A DNA stretch of 64,000 nt from contig CP068257.2 in NCBI GenBank assembly GCA_009914755.4, positions 10,240,001 through 10,304,000 of the forward strand, read 5' to 3'. Source of the DNA: the human T2T-CHM13v2.0 reference genome, Homo sapiens. A program made the position numbers and the translations under genes. Positions 1-14,396 of this stretch are shown here, one piece after another (positions within the stretch are counted from its first letter, which is position 1; the number at the start of each line of letters is the position of its first letter). Below the pieces are notes generated by a model. It ran no database searches. It was given only the letters and a program-made list of their open reading frames with translations, and was not told the DNA's origin.

Positions 1-899
1 CTCCACTCCACACCACCCCACTCTGTTCCATTCTTTTCCGTTCCATTCCGTTCCATTCCCCTCCATTACACTCCATTCCACTCCACTCCACTCCCTCCTC
101 TCCATTAAACTCCAATCCATTCCATTCCACTGCACTCCAATCCACTCCACTCAACTCCACTCCACTCCATTCCAGTCCGTTCCCCTTTTTTCTATTCCTT
201 TCCGTTCCGTTCCATTCCACTCCAATCCATTCCTTTCCACTGCAATCCATTCCATTCCACTCCATTCCACTCCACTCAACTCCACTCCATTCCATTCCTC
301 TCCAGTCCATTATATTCCACTCCATTCCGTTCCACTCCACTCCACTCCATTCTACTACACTACACTCCATTCCATTCCATTTCACTCCACTCCATTTCAC
401 TCCATTCCACTCAATTCCACTCCACACCACTCCACTGCACTCCACTCCATTCCATTTTATTCCAATCCATTCCATTCCACACCATTCCGCTCAACTCCAC
501 CACACTCCACTCTAGTCCACTGCATTCCATTCCATTACGTTCCATTCCATTCTACTCCACTCCACTCCATTCCATTCCATTTCAATGAACTCCGATCCAC
601 TGCACTCAACTCCATTCCAGTCCACTCCACCCCGTTCTGTTCTGTTCCATTCCATTCCATTCCGTTCTGTTCCATTCCATTCCATTACACTCCATTCCCT
701 TCCACTCTACTCCACTCCATTCAACTCCAGTCCATTTCACTACATTTCACTGCATTCAACGCCACATCACTCCACTCCACTCCACTCCATTCTGTTCCAT
801 TCCACTCCACTCCATTCCTTTCCATTCCCTTCCATTCCATTCCATTCCATTCCATTCCATTCCACTGCTCTCTGATCCACTGCACTCAACTCCACTCCA

Positions 900-3800
900 C
901 TCCACTCCACTCGGTTTTGTTCCGTTCCATTCCATTCCATTCCTTTCGGTTCCATTTAACTCCATTCCATTCCACTCCACTCCAGTCCACTCCACTCCAC
1001 TCCATTCCACTTCATTGCATTCCCTTCCACTACACTTCGATCCACTGCACTTAACTCCACTCCACCCCACTCCGCTCTGTTCCATTCCGTTCCGTTCCAT
1101 TCCATTCCACTCCATTCCATTCCACTCCACTTCATTCCACTCCATTCCACTCCATTCCACTCCACTCCTCTCCACTCCACTCCACTGAACTCCAATCCAT
1201 TCCACTCCACTCCACTCCACTCCACTGAACTCCACTCCATTCCATACCACTACATTCCATTCATTTCCACTCCATTCCATTCCTCTCCATTCCACTCCAT
1301 TCCACTCCACTCCGCTCTACTCCACTCCATTTCATTTCATTCCACTACCCTCTGTTCCATTCCACTCCATTCCATTACACTCCACTCTAATCCATTCTAC
1401 TCCACTGCACTCTACTCCATTCCATTCCATTCCACTCTGATCCATTCCATTCCACTGCACTCCTCTCCACTCTATTCCATTCCATTCCACTCCACTCCAC
1501 TCCATTCCATTCCATTATATACCATTCTGTTCCATTCCATTCCACTTCACTCCACTACATTCCATTGCATTCCATGCCATGCCATTCCATTCCATACCAT
1601 TCCACTGCAATCCGATTAACTCCACACAACTCCATTCCAGTCCATTCCACAACACTCCGTTCTGTTCCGTTCCACTCTATTCCTTTCAATTCCATTCCAT
1701 TCCATTCCATTCCATTCCATTCCATTCCATTCCATTCCATTCCATTCTTTTCCACTCCACTGCCTTCCATTCCACTCCATTCCATTCTACTCCACTCCAC
1801 TCCACTCCAGTGATTTCCATTCCCCTCCCCTGCTTCCCATTCCACTCGACTCCCCTCAACTCTGTTCCATTCCGTCCTGTTCCACTCTCTTCCTTTCCAT
1901 TCCTTTCCACTCCATTCCATTCCTCTCCTCTCCATTCCACTCCACTCCATTTCACTCCATTACAATCCATTTCACTCCACAGCACTGCACTCAACTGCAC
2001 TCCTTTCCATCAATTCCTCTCCACTCCTTTCCATTCCATTCCATTCCATTCCACTGTACTCAGATCCACTGCATTCAACTCCACCCCACTCCACTCCACT
2101 CCACTCTGTTCCGTTCCATTCCATTCCGTTCCATTCCATTCCATTCCATTCCATTCCATTCCAATTAATTCCATTCCATTCCACTCCACTGCATTCCACT
2201 GCATTCCATTCCACTCCACTCCATTCCACTCCAATCACTTCCATTCCACTGCACTCTGATCCACTCCAATCAACTCCACTCCACTTCATTCACGTCCGTT
2301 CCACTCCGTTCTGTTCCCTTTTGTTCCATTAAGTTCCACTCCACTCCATTCCACTACACTGTATTACACTCCATTCCACTCCATTCCACTCCACTCATCT
2401 TAACTCCATTCCATTCCACTCCACTCCATTCTATTCAATTCCATTCCATTAAACTCCACTCCACTCCATTCTACTCCACTCCTTTCCATTCCATTCCACT
2501 CCATTCCATTCCACTAAACTCCATTCGACTCCACTCCACTCCACTTCTCTCCACTCCACTCCACTGAACTTCACTCCATTCCATATCACTCCATTCCATT
2601 AATTTCCACTCCATTCCATTCCTCTCCATTCCACTCCATTCCACTCCACTCCACTCTACTCCACTCCATTCCATTTCATTCCACTACCCTCTGTTCCATT
2701 CCACTCCATTCCATTACACTCCACTCTAATCCATTCTACTCCACTCCACTCTACTCCATTCCATTCCATTCCACTCCAATCCATTCCATTCCACTGCACT
2801 CCACTCCACTCTATTCCATTCCATTCCATTCCACTCCACTCCATTCCATTCCACTCCACTCCACTCCATTCCATTCCATTACATACCATTCTGTTCCATT
2901 CCATTCCACTTCACTCCACTCCATTCCATTCCATGCCATGCCATTCCATTCCATACCATTCTGTTCCATTCCATTCCACTTCACTCCACTCCATTCCATT
3001 CCATTTCATGCCGTGGCATTCCATTCCATTCCATTCCACTGCACTCCGATTAACTCCACACAACTCCATTCCATTCCACTCCACAACACTCCGTTCTGTT
3101 CCGTTCCATTCTCTTCCATTCCATTCCATTCCATTCCATTCCATTCCAATCCATTATTTTCCACTCCACTGCCTTCCATTCCACTCCATTCCATTGTACT
3201 CCACCCCATTCCACTCCATTGCTTTCCATTCCACTCCCCTGCTTTCCATTCCACTCGACTCCCCTCAACTCTGTTCCATTCCGTCGTGTTCCATTCTCTT
3301 CCTTTCCATTCCTTTCCACTCCATTCCATTCCTCTCCTCTCCATTCCACTCCACTCCATTTCACTCCATTACAATCCATTTCACTCCACAGCACTGCACT
3401 CAACTGCACTCCTTTCCATTCAACTCCTGTCCACTCCTTTCCCTTCTATTCCATTCCATTCCACTGCACTCAGATCCACTGCACTCAACTCCACCCCACT
3501 CCACTCCACTCCACTCTGTTCCATCACTTTCCATTCCATTCCATTCCATTCCATGGCATTCTAATTAATTCCATTCCATTCCACTCCACTGCATTCCACT
3601 GCATTCCATTCCACTCCACTCCATTCCACTCTAATCAATTCCATTCCACTGCACTCTGATCCACTCCAATCAACTCCACTCCACTTCATTCACGTCCGTT
3701 CCACTCCGCTCTGTTCCCTTCCATTCCATTAAGTTCCACTCCATTCCATTCCACTGCACTATATTACGCTCCATTCCACTCCATTCCTCTCCACTCATCT

Positions 3801-6400
3801 TAACTACCTTCCATTCCACTCCACTCCATTCTACACAATTCTATTCCATTAAACTCCACTCCACTCCATTCTACTCCCCTCCACTCCATTCCATTCCATT
3901 CCACTCCATTCCATTCCACTAAACTCCATTCGACTCCACTCCACTCCACTTCACTCCACTCCACTTCACTCCACTCCACTCCACTGAACTTCACTCCATT
4001 TCATACCACTCCATTCCATTCATTTCCACTAAATTCCATTCCTCTCCATTCCACTCCATTCCACTCCACTCCACTCTACTCCACTCCATTCCATTTCATT
4101 CCACTCCCACCTATTCCATTCCATTCCATTCCATTACACTCCACTCTACTCCATTCTACTCCACTCCACTCCGTTACATTCTATTCCACTCCAGTCCATT
4201 CCATTCCACTGAACTCCACTCCACTCTATTCCATTCCATTCCACTCCAATCCATTCCATTCCACTGTACTCTACTCCACTCTATTCCATTCCATTCCACT
4301 CCACTCCACTCCACTCCATTCCATTCCATTACATACCATTCTGATCTATTCCCTTCCTCTTCACTCCACTCTATTCCATTCCATTCCATTCCATGCCATT
4401 CAATTCCATGCCATTCCATTCCACTGCACTCCGATTAACTCCATACAACTCCATTCCATTCCACTCCATAACACTCCATTCTGTTCTGTTCCATTTTGTT
4501 TCATTCCATTCCATTCCATCCCGTTCCATTCCATTCTATTCCACTCCATGGCATTCCATTCCACTCCATTCCATTCTACTCCACTCCACTCCACTCCACT
4601 GCTTTCCATTCCACTCGACTCCCCTCAACTCTGTTCCATTCCGTCCCGTTCCATTCTCTTCCTTTCCATTCCATTCCACTCCATTCCATTCTTCTCCTCT
4701 CCATTCCACTCCACTCCATTTCACTCCATTACAATCCATTTCATTCCACACCACTCCTCTCAACTCCATTCCTTTCCATTCAATTCCTCTCCACTCCTTT
4801 CCATTCCATTCCATTCCATTTCATTCCACTGCACTCAGATCCACTGCCCTCAACTCCATTCCACTCCACTCCATTCCATTTAATTCCTCTGCACTCAAAT
4901 CCACTGCACTCAACTCCACTCCACTCTGTTCCCTTCCATTCCATTCCATTGCATTCCATTCTGTTCCAATTAATTCCATTCCATGCCACTCCACTGCATT
5001 CCACTCCATTCCACTCCACTCCACTCCACTCCATTCCACTATAATCAATTCCATTCCACTGCACTCTGATCCACTCCAATGAACTCCACTCCACTCCATT
5101 CATGTCCTTTCCACTCCGTTCTGTTCCCTTCCATTCCATTATGTTCCACTCCATTCCATTCCACTCCATTGCATCCCACTCCATTCCACTCCACTCAACT
5201 TAACTCCATTCCACTCCACTCCACTTAACTCCATTCCATTCCATTCCATTCCATTCTTTTCCAATCCACTCCATGCCATTCAACTCCACTGCATTCCATT
5301 CCATTTGACTGCACTCCATTCTATTCCATTCCATTTTGTTCCATTCCACTGTCCTCCAATCCACTCCACTCAACTGCACTCCACTCCGCTCCACTCCATT
5401 CCATTCCATTCCATTCCATTTCATTCCACTCCTTTCCATTCCATTGCACTAAATTCCTTTCCATTCCACACCACTCCATTGCATTCCATTCCACACCATT
5501 CCATTTCATTCCACTCCATTCCATTGCATTCCACTAGATTCAATTACATTCCACTCCACTCAACTCCACTCCACTCTACTCAGTTCCGTTCTGTTACATT
5601 CCATTCTGTTCTTTTCCATTCCATTCCATTCCCTTCCGCTCCACTTTATTCCATTCCACTCTATTCCATTCCACTCCCCTCCACTCCACTCCGCTCCACT
5701 CCACTCAACTCCATTCCACTCCACTCCACTCTACTCCAATTTGTTCCATTCCGTTCCTTTCCATTCTGTTCCATTGCGTTCCATTCCACTCCATTCCATT
5801 CCACTCCACTCCACTCCATTTTACTAAATTCCACTTCATTCATCTCCACTCCACTCCACTCCATTACATTCCATTTCATTGCACTCCACTCCATTCCATT
5901 CCATTCCTTTCCATTCCATTCAATTCCATGCCACTCCACTGCACTCCAATCCACTCCACTCAAATCCATTCCACTCCACTCCATTCTGTTCTGTTTCATT
6001 CCATTGCTTTCCATTCCATTCCTTTCCATTCCATTCAATTTCATTTCATTCCACTGCATTCCATTCCACTCCATTACACTCCACTCCACTCCACTCGAAT
6101 CCACTCCACTCCACTCCATTCCACTACACTACACTCCATTCCATTCCATTCCATTCCACTGCAACTCCGATTCACTCCACTCCATTCCACTACACTACAC
6201 TCCATTCCATTCCATTCCATTCCATTCCACTGCAACTCCGATTCACTCCACTGAATTCCAATCCACTTCACTCCATTGCATTCAATTCAATGCCACCCCA
6301 CTCCTTTCCATTCAATTTATTTCCATTCCATTCCGTTCCACTGCACTCCGATTAGCTCCGCTAAACTCCACTCCACTCCACTCCTCCCCGTTCCTTTCTG
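900..6400. repeat. ~1.4-kb higher-order sub-repeat within the satellite, about 4 copies
   Basis: Marker 'ccactgcactccgattaactccacacaactcc' lies at ~1600, ~3040, ~4425. Marker 'ccattaagttccactcc' lies at ~2330, ~3720, ~5135. Marker 'ccactgcactctgatccactccaatcaactccactccacttcattcacgtcc' lies at ~2255, ~3645, ~5060. Spacings are 1.39-1.44 kb. Similar ORF peptides recur at 1686..2000, 3050..3409 and 4536..4814. Confidence 0.7.
6119..6252. repeat. Local ~67-bp tandem duplication (mirrored in A' at 33786-33919)
   Basis: 'ccactacactacactccattccattccattccattccactgcaactccgattcactccact' occurs twice in tandem. Confidence 0.7.
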
Positions 6401-6769
6401 TTCCATTCCATTCCATTCCATTCCAATCCGTACAATTCCATTCCATTCCACACCACTCAATTCCATACAACTCCATAGCACTCCACTCCACTCCAACTCA
6501 CTCCAATCGACTCCACTCAACTCCACTCCTCTCCACTCCACTGCACTCCATTCCACTCTGATCCCCTCCAGTCCACTCCACTCCATTCCATTCTGTTCCA
6601 TTCCATTTCCTTTCGTTCTGTTCCATTCATCTCCATTCCATTCCTTTCCATCCCACTCGATTCCACTCCACTAAATTCCACTCCACTCTATTCCACTCCA
6701 CTCCACTCCATATCACTCCATTCCATTTCACTCCACTTCATTACATTCTACTCCATTCCATTCAATTCC

Positions 6770-6846
6770 TTTATTTCCACTGGATGTCACTCTGTCACTC
6801 AAACTGGAGTGCAGTGGCACAATCTTAGCTCACATTTCATTTCACA
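6770..6846 (-). mobile_element. Old 5'-truncated Alu 3'-end fragment (~75 bp, CpG-decayed)
   Basis: 'tttatttccactggatgtcactctgtcactcaaactggagtgcagtggcacaatcttagctcacatttcatttcac' aligns to the reverse complement of the Alu 3' end plus an A-tail remnant (TTTTTTTGAGACGGAGTCTCGCTCTGTCGCCCAGGCTGGAGTGCAGTGGCGCGATCTCGGCTCAC). All CpGs have become CA/TG. Confidence 0.75.
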
Positions 6847-9140
6847 ATTCCATTCCATTCCATTCCATTTCATTCCATTCCTTTCCATTCCATTCCATTC
6901 CTTTCCATTCCATTCCACTCTCTTCAACTCCAATCCACTACACTCCATTCCACTTCTCTGCATCCCACTCCAGTACACTGGAATCCACTCCAATCCACTC
7001 CACTCCATTCCACTACCCTCTACTCCATTCCATTCCACTCCATACCACTTCATAACAATCCACTCCAATCCTTTCCACTCCACTCCACTCAATTCCACTG
7101 CAATCCACTCCAATCCATTCCATTCCATTCCAATCCACTCCATTCCATTCCATTGCATTCCCTTCCAATCCACTCTACTCCATTCAATTTCGTTCCCCTC
7201 CAATCCTCTCCACTCCACTCCATTCCACTCAATTCCATTCCACTCCACTCAATTCCATTCCATTCTACTCCATTCCACTCCACGCTACTCCACTCCACTC
7301 CACTACACTCCACTTAATTTTATTCCATTCCATTCCATTCCATTCCATTCCATTCCATTCCATACCATTCCACTCCACTCCACTCCAATCCAATCCGTTC
7401 CATTCCACTGCACTCTGATCCACTCCACTCAACTCCACTCCATTCCACTTCATTCCATTTGATTCATTGCCACACCCCTCCTTTCCATTCTATTCCATTC
7501 CATTCCATTCCATTCCACTGCACTCCTATCCACTCCACTCAACTCCCCTCCACTCCACTATTTTCCATTCCATTCCATTCCATTCCATTCCATTCCTTTC
7601 CATTCCATTCATTTCCATTCCATTCCACGCCACTCCATTCCATTCAACTCCATTGAACTCCAATCCACTAAACTCCAATCCAATCCACTCCACTCCACTC
7701 CACTACGTTCCACTCCACTACACTCCACTACACTCCACTACTCTCCACTCTGTTCCATTCCGTTCCTTTCCATTCCATTCTGTTCTGTTCTGTTACATTC
7801 CACTCCATTCCATTCCATTCCACTCCAATGCACTCCAATCCATTTCACTGCATTCAACTCCATTCCACTCCACTCCAATCCACTTCACTCCATTCCATTC
7901 CGCTCCTTTGCATTCCATTCCACTCCATTCTATTCCATTCCATTCCACTCCATTCAACTCCATTCACCTCCACTTCCTTTCTCTCCATTCTGTTCCACTA
8001 CACTACACTCAATTCCCTTCCATTCCATTCCATTCCACTCCATTTCTTTCCATTCCATTCCACTCCATACCACTCCATTCCATTCTATTTCATTCCATTC
8101 CACTGTACTCCAATCCACACCACTTGACTCCACTGCAATCCACCCCAGTCCGTTCCATTTCGTTTCACTCCTTTCCCTTCCATTCCTCTCTATTCCATTC
8201 CACTCCACTCCAATCCAATCCACTCCACTCCTTTCCATACCACTCCATTCCATTCTAGTCCACTCCAATCACTCCATTCCATTGCATTCCACCCCATGCC
8301 ACTCCATTCCACTCCACTCCATGCCACTGCACTCCATTCCATTCCAGTCCTCTCCATTACACTCCATTCCATTCCATTCCATTCTATTCTATTCCATTCC
8401 ATTCCATTCCATTCCATTCCATTCCATTCCATTCCATTCTACTCTAGTCGGGTTGATTCCTTTCCTTTCACTTCCATTCCATTCCACTCCATTCCATTGT
8501 ACTCCACCCCATTCCACTCCATTCCATTCCACTCCACTCCATTCCATTTCATTCCATTCCATTCCATTCCACTGCACTTCCTTCTACTCCACTCAACTCC
8601 ACTACACACCACTCCATTCAATTTTGTTCCATTCCATTCCGTTCCATTCCACTTCATTCCACTCCACTACACTCAATTTTACTCCGCTCCATTTCACTCC
8701 ATTCCACTCCATTCCACTCCACTCCACTCCATTCCATTCCACTCCACTCCATTCCACTCCTTTCCATTCCATTCCATTCCATTCCATTCCGTTCCATTCC
8801 ACTCCATTCCACTCTGTTCCATTCCATTCCACTCCATTCCACTCTGTTCCATTCCATTCCCTTCCACTGCACTCCTATCCACTCGACTCAACTCCACTCC
8901 ACTGCACTCCACTCCGTTCCACTCCCTTCAATTCCATTCCGTTGCGTTCCATTCCATTCCATTCCATTCCATTCCACTCCAATCCATTGCATTCCACACC
9001 ATTCCACTCCACTCCTTTCCCTTCCACTCCTTTCAACTCCTTTCCACTCCATTCTATTCCATTCCTTTCCACTCCTTTCCATTCCATTCCATTACACTCC
9101 ACTCCATTCCATTCCATTCCACTCCATTCAATTTGATTCC

Positions 9141-9216
9141 TGTATTTCGGGTGGATCTCACTCTGTCACACAGAGATTAGTGCAATATCACAATCTTAGC
9201 TCACATTTCATTTCAC
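9141..9216 (-). mobile_element. Old Alu 3'-end fragment copy (diverged: 'cacacagagattagtgcaatatcacaatc')
   Basis: Same motif and same orientation as the copy at 6770-6846. Confidence 0.65.
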
Positions 9217-9877
9217 CATTCCATTCAACACCACTCCATTACATTCTACTGCACTCTATTCCACTCCACTCCACTCCATTTAACTCCACTCCACTCCACT
9301 CCATTCCATTCCATTCCATTCTATTTAATTCCACTGCACTCTGATACACTCCACTCAACTCCACTCTACTCCACTCCACTACACTACGTTCCATTCCATT
9401 CATTTTCCTTCCGTTCCATTCTGTTCCACTCCAGTCCATTACATTCCACTCCACTCCTTTCCAGTCCATTCCATTCCATTCCACTCGACTCCACTCCACT
9501 CCACTTCTTTCCATTAAATTCCATTCCATTCCACTGCACTCTGATCCACTCCACTCATTTCCACTCCATTTCACTCCACTCTGTTCCGTTCCATTCCAAT
9601 CTCTTCCATTCCAGTCCATTCCATTCCATTCCACTGAATTCTGCTCCATTCCACTCAATTCCATTGCACTCCGTTCCACTCCATTCCACTCTATGTTATT
9701 CCAGTCCATTCCTCTCCTTTCCATTCCCTTTCTGTCCACTGCATTCAACTCCAGTCCACTCCACTCCATTCCACTCCTCTCCACTCCATTCCACTGCATT
9801 CCACTCCACTCCATTCCACTCCTCTCCACTCCATTCCACTCCATTCCATTGCAATCCCCTCCATTCCATTCCGTTCC

Positions 9878-9953
9878 TTTATATCGAATGGATCTCACTC
9901 TGTAACTCAGACTTAAGTGCAGTGGCACAATCTTAGCTCACATTTTATTTCAC
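9878..9953 (-). mobile_element. Old Alu 3'-end fragment copy
   Basis: 'tttatatcgaatggatctcactctgtaactcagacttaagtgcagtggcacaatcttagctcacattttatttcac'. Confidence 0.75.
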
Positions 9954-10519
9954 CATTCCATTCCATTCCATTCCATTCCATTCCATTCCACTCTACTCCA
10001 TTCAATTCCACTCCATTCCACTCCATGCCACTCCACTCCTCTTCACTCCACTCCATTCCACTCCATTCCATTCCATTCCACTGAACTCCAATCCACACCA
10101 CTCAACTCCACTTGACTCCACTCTACTCCATTCCATTCCGTTTCATTCCTTTCCATTCCATTCATTTCCATTCCACTCCTTTATATTCCGCTCCACTCCA
10201 TTCTACTCCACTCCACTCCATTCTACTCCACTCCTCTCCATTCCATTCCATTTCTCTCCACTCCACTTCATTCCGTGCTATTCCATTCCATTCCATTCCA
10301 TTCCTTTCCCCTTCACTCCATTCCATTCCACTCCACTCCACACCACTTTACTCCGTTACCTTCCTTTCCATTCAATTCCGTTCCACTCCGTTCCATTCCG
10401 TTCAATTCTATTCCGTTCCACTCTACTCCAGTCCACTCCATTCCGTTTCACTCCATTCCGCTCCATTCCATTCCACTCCACTCCACTCCATTTCATTCTA
10501 CTCCATTCCATTCCATTCC

Positions 10520-10595
10520 TTTATTTATAATGGATCTCACTCTGTCAGCCAGACTGGAGTGCAGTGGCACAATCTTAGCTCACATTTCATTTCAC
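10520..10595 (-). mobile_element. Old Alu 3'-end fragment copy at the A/A' homology breakpoint
   Basis: 'tttatttataatggatctcactctgtcagccagactggagtgcagtggcacaatcttagctcacatttcatttcac'. The A/A' homology ends right after this copy. Confidence 0.75.
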
Positions 10596-11057
10596 CATTC
10601 CATTCAACACCACTCCATTACATTCTACTGCACTCTATTCCACTCCACTCCACTCCATTTAACTCCACTCCACTCCACTCCATTTCACTCCATTCGACTC
10701 CATCACACTCCACTCCACACCACTCCAATCCACTCGACTCCACTCCATTGCTATCCAGTCCATTCCATTTCATTCCAACCCAATCCATTCCATTCCATTC
10801 CACTCCATTCCACTCCATTCCACTCCATTCCATTCCACTCCAATCCACTCCACTCAGTGTACCCCACTCCATTCGACTCCACTCCACTCCATTCCACTCC
10901 ATTCCTTCCATTCCACTCCATTACGTTTCACTCCATTCCACTCCATTCCACTCTATTCCACTCCACTCCATTCCATTCCACTCCATTCCATTTCATTCCC
11001 CTCCATTCCATTCCACTCCACTCCCTTCCATTCCATTCTACTCCATTTCCTTCCATT

Positions 11058-11133
11058 CTTTTATTTTGACTGGATCTCACTCTGTTACACATACTGGAGT
11101 GCAGTGGCACAATCAGTTCACATTTCATTTCAC
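11058..11133 (-). mobile_element. Old Alu 3'-end fragment copy
   Basis: 'cttttattttgactggatctcactctgttacacatactggagtgcagtggcacaatcagttcacatttcatttcac'. Confidence 0.75.
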
Positions 11134-11751
11134 CATTCCATTCCATTTCATTCTATTCCATTCCATTCCACTCCACGCCACTACACTACACTCAACTCCA
11201 CTCCATTCCACTCTACTCCATTCCGTTCTGTTCCATTCCATTCTGTTCCATTACATTGCATTGCATTCCATTCCATTCCATTCCATTCCATTCCATTCCA
11301 TTCCATTCCTCTCGACTCCATTCCACTCCACTCAATTCCACCCCATTCCACTCAACTCCACTGCAGTCCTCTCCACTCCACTCCATTCCACTACAGTACA
11401 CTAAACTCCACTCTACTCCACTCAATTTCCATCCATTCCATTCCATTCCATGCAACTGCACTCCGATCAACTGCACTCAACTCCACTCCACTCACTCCAT
11501 TTCATTCGGTTCTGTTGCAGCTGTTCCGTTCCTTTCAATTCCACTCAATTGCATTCCACTCCACTCCAGTCCGCTCCACTCCATTTTCTCCATTCCACTC
11601 CTATCCACTCCACTCCACTCCAATCCACTCCACTCCTCTCCATTACATTCCACTCCATTCTTCTCCATTCCTCTCCATTCCATTCCATTCCACTCCATTC
11701 CCCTCCGCTCCACTCCATTCCATTCCACTCCACTCAATTCCACTCCACTAA

Positions 11752-12322
<571 letters not shown>

Positions 12323-12336
12323 GCAGTGGCACAATC
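12323..12336. repeat. Target-site duplication (right) of the AluY: GCAGTGGCACAATC
   Basis: See the left TSD. The sequence then continues 'ttagcacacatttcatttcaccattcc', which is the remainder of the old Alu-fragment motif. Confidence 0.8.
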
Positions 12337-12358
12337 TTAGCACACATTTCATTTCACC
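12323..12358 (-). mobile_element. Old Alu 3'-end fragment, copy split by the AluY insertion (right half)
   Basis: 'gcagtggcacaatcttagcacacatttcatttcac' continues the motif across the AluY. Confidence 0.75.
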
Positions 12359-14326
12359 ATTCCATTCCATTACACTCCACTCAATTCCATTCCATTCCAC
12401 CACGCTCCACTACACTCTACTTCCCTCCACTCCATGCCACTCCACTCCATTCCACTCGACTCCTTTCCATTCCATTGCATTCAATTCCATTCTATTCCAT
12501 TCCATTCCAGTGCACTCCTATCCACTCCACTCAACTCCAATACACACCACTCCACTCCTCTCTGTTCCATTCCTTTCCATTCCATTCCGTTCTCTTCCAT
12601 GCCATTTCTTTCCATTCCATTCCATTCCACTCCACTCCATTCCATTCCACTCCACTCCATTCCATTCCACTCCATTCCATTCCATTCCACTCCACTCCAC
12701 TCCATTCCATTTCACTCCACTCCACTCCATTCCATTCCTTTCCATTGCATTCCATTAAATTCCACACCACTCCGATCCACTCCACTCAACTCCACTCCAA
12801 TCCACTCCACTCCAATCTGTTCCTTTCCGTTCCATTCCATTCCTTTCAATTCCATTCCTTTCCATTCCATTCCAATGCACTTCAGTCCATTCCATTCCAC
12901 TCCACTGCATTTCTCTCCATTCCACTCCATTAAAATCCTCTCTAATCCACTCCACACCATTGCACTCCTTTCCACCCCACTCCAGTCCATTCCACTCCAA
13001 TCCATTCCATTCCACTCCACTCATCTCCACTCCACCCCATTCCATTCCCTCCACCCCATTCCATTCTACTTCTTTCCATTCCTCTCCAGTCCATTCCACT
13101 CCAATCCACTTCATTCCATTTCACTCCACTCCATTCCATTCCGTTACATTGCAATCCATTCCATGCCATTCCACTCCATTCCATTCCACTGTCCTCCACT
13201 CCACTCCACACTACTCCATTACATTCCTTTGCATTCCACTAGACTCCATTCCTTTCCATTCCATTCCATTTCACTGCACTCGGATACAATCCACTGAACT
13301 CCACTGTACTCCACTCCACTCCATTCCGTTCCTTTCCATACCTTTGCGTTCCATTTCATTCCATACCGTTCCATTCCATTCCATTCCACTCCACTCCATT
13401 CCATTCCAATTCAATCCACTCCACTCTACTCCACTCCACTCCACTGTAACCCACATCACTCTTTTCCATTCCATTCCATTCCACTGCACTACAATCCACT
13501 CCATTCAGCTCCACTCTAATCCATTCCACTCCACTCCATTCCATTCAATTCCGTTGCGTTCTGTTCCGTTCCATTCCATTCCACTCCATTCTATTCCACT
13601 ACAATCCATACCACTCCACTACATTTCTTTCATTTCCATTCCATTACAGTCCACTCGACTCCACTCCAGTACACTCCATTCAATTCCATTCCACTCCATT
13701 CTATTCCAGTCCACTCCATTCCTTTTCATTCCGTTCCAATCCATTCCACTCCATTACACTCCACTCCACTACACTTCATTCCACTCCACTCCAAACCATT
13801 ACACTCCACTCCACTCCAATCCATTCTACTCCACTACACTCCATTCCATTCCATCCCATTCCACTCTACCCCACACCACTCCACTCCACCCCACACCACT
13901 CCACTCCATTCCATTCCACTCCACTCCATTCCATTGCAATCCATTTCATTCCATTCCATTCCACTCCACTCTGAACCACTCCACTCAATTCCACTGCATT
14001 CCACTCCACTCCACTTAGTTCTGTTCTGTTTCTTCCCATTCCATTCCTTTACATTCCATTCCATTCCTTTCCACTCCACTGTGAACCACTTCACTTAACT
14101 CCACTTCATTCCTGTCCAATCCACTCAGTTCCGTTCTGTTTCTTTCTTTCCGTTCCATTCCATTCCATTCCATTTCGTTCCATTCCATTCCAATCCCCTT
14201 CATTCCATTGCAGTCCACATCACTCCACTACACTCCATTCCATTCCACTCCACACCATTCCACTCCACTCCATTGCATTCCACTCCACTACAGTCCATTC
14301 CATTCCACTCTACTCCACACCACTCC

Positions 14327-14396
14327 ACTACACTCCATTCCATTCCATTCCATTCCATTCCATTCCATTCCATTCCATTCCATTCCATTCCATTCC
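14327..14396. repeat. Perfect (CATTC)14 tract
   Basis: Direct reading of the sequence. Confidence 0.9.

Larger units (their letters stand above)
1..10597. repeat. Segmental duplication copy A (extends left beyond the window start)
   Basis: ORF-track proteins are identical at constant offsets to 27,672 onward: 585..875 = 28257..28547, 756..1310 = 28428..28982, 5305..6561 = 32972..34228. Offsets are 27,672, 27,667 or 27,662, that is ±5-bp steps. Homology ends just after the Alu-fragment copy at 10520-10595. Confidence 0.9.
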
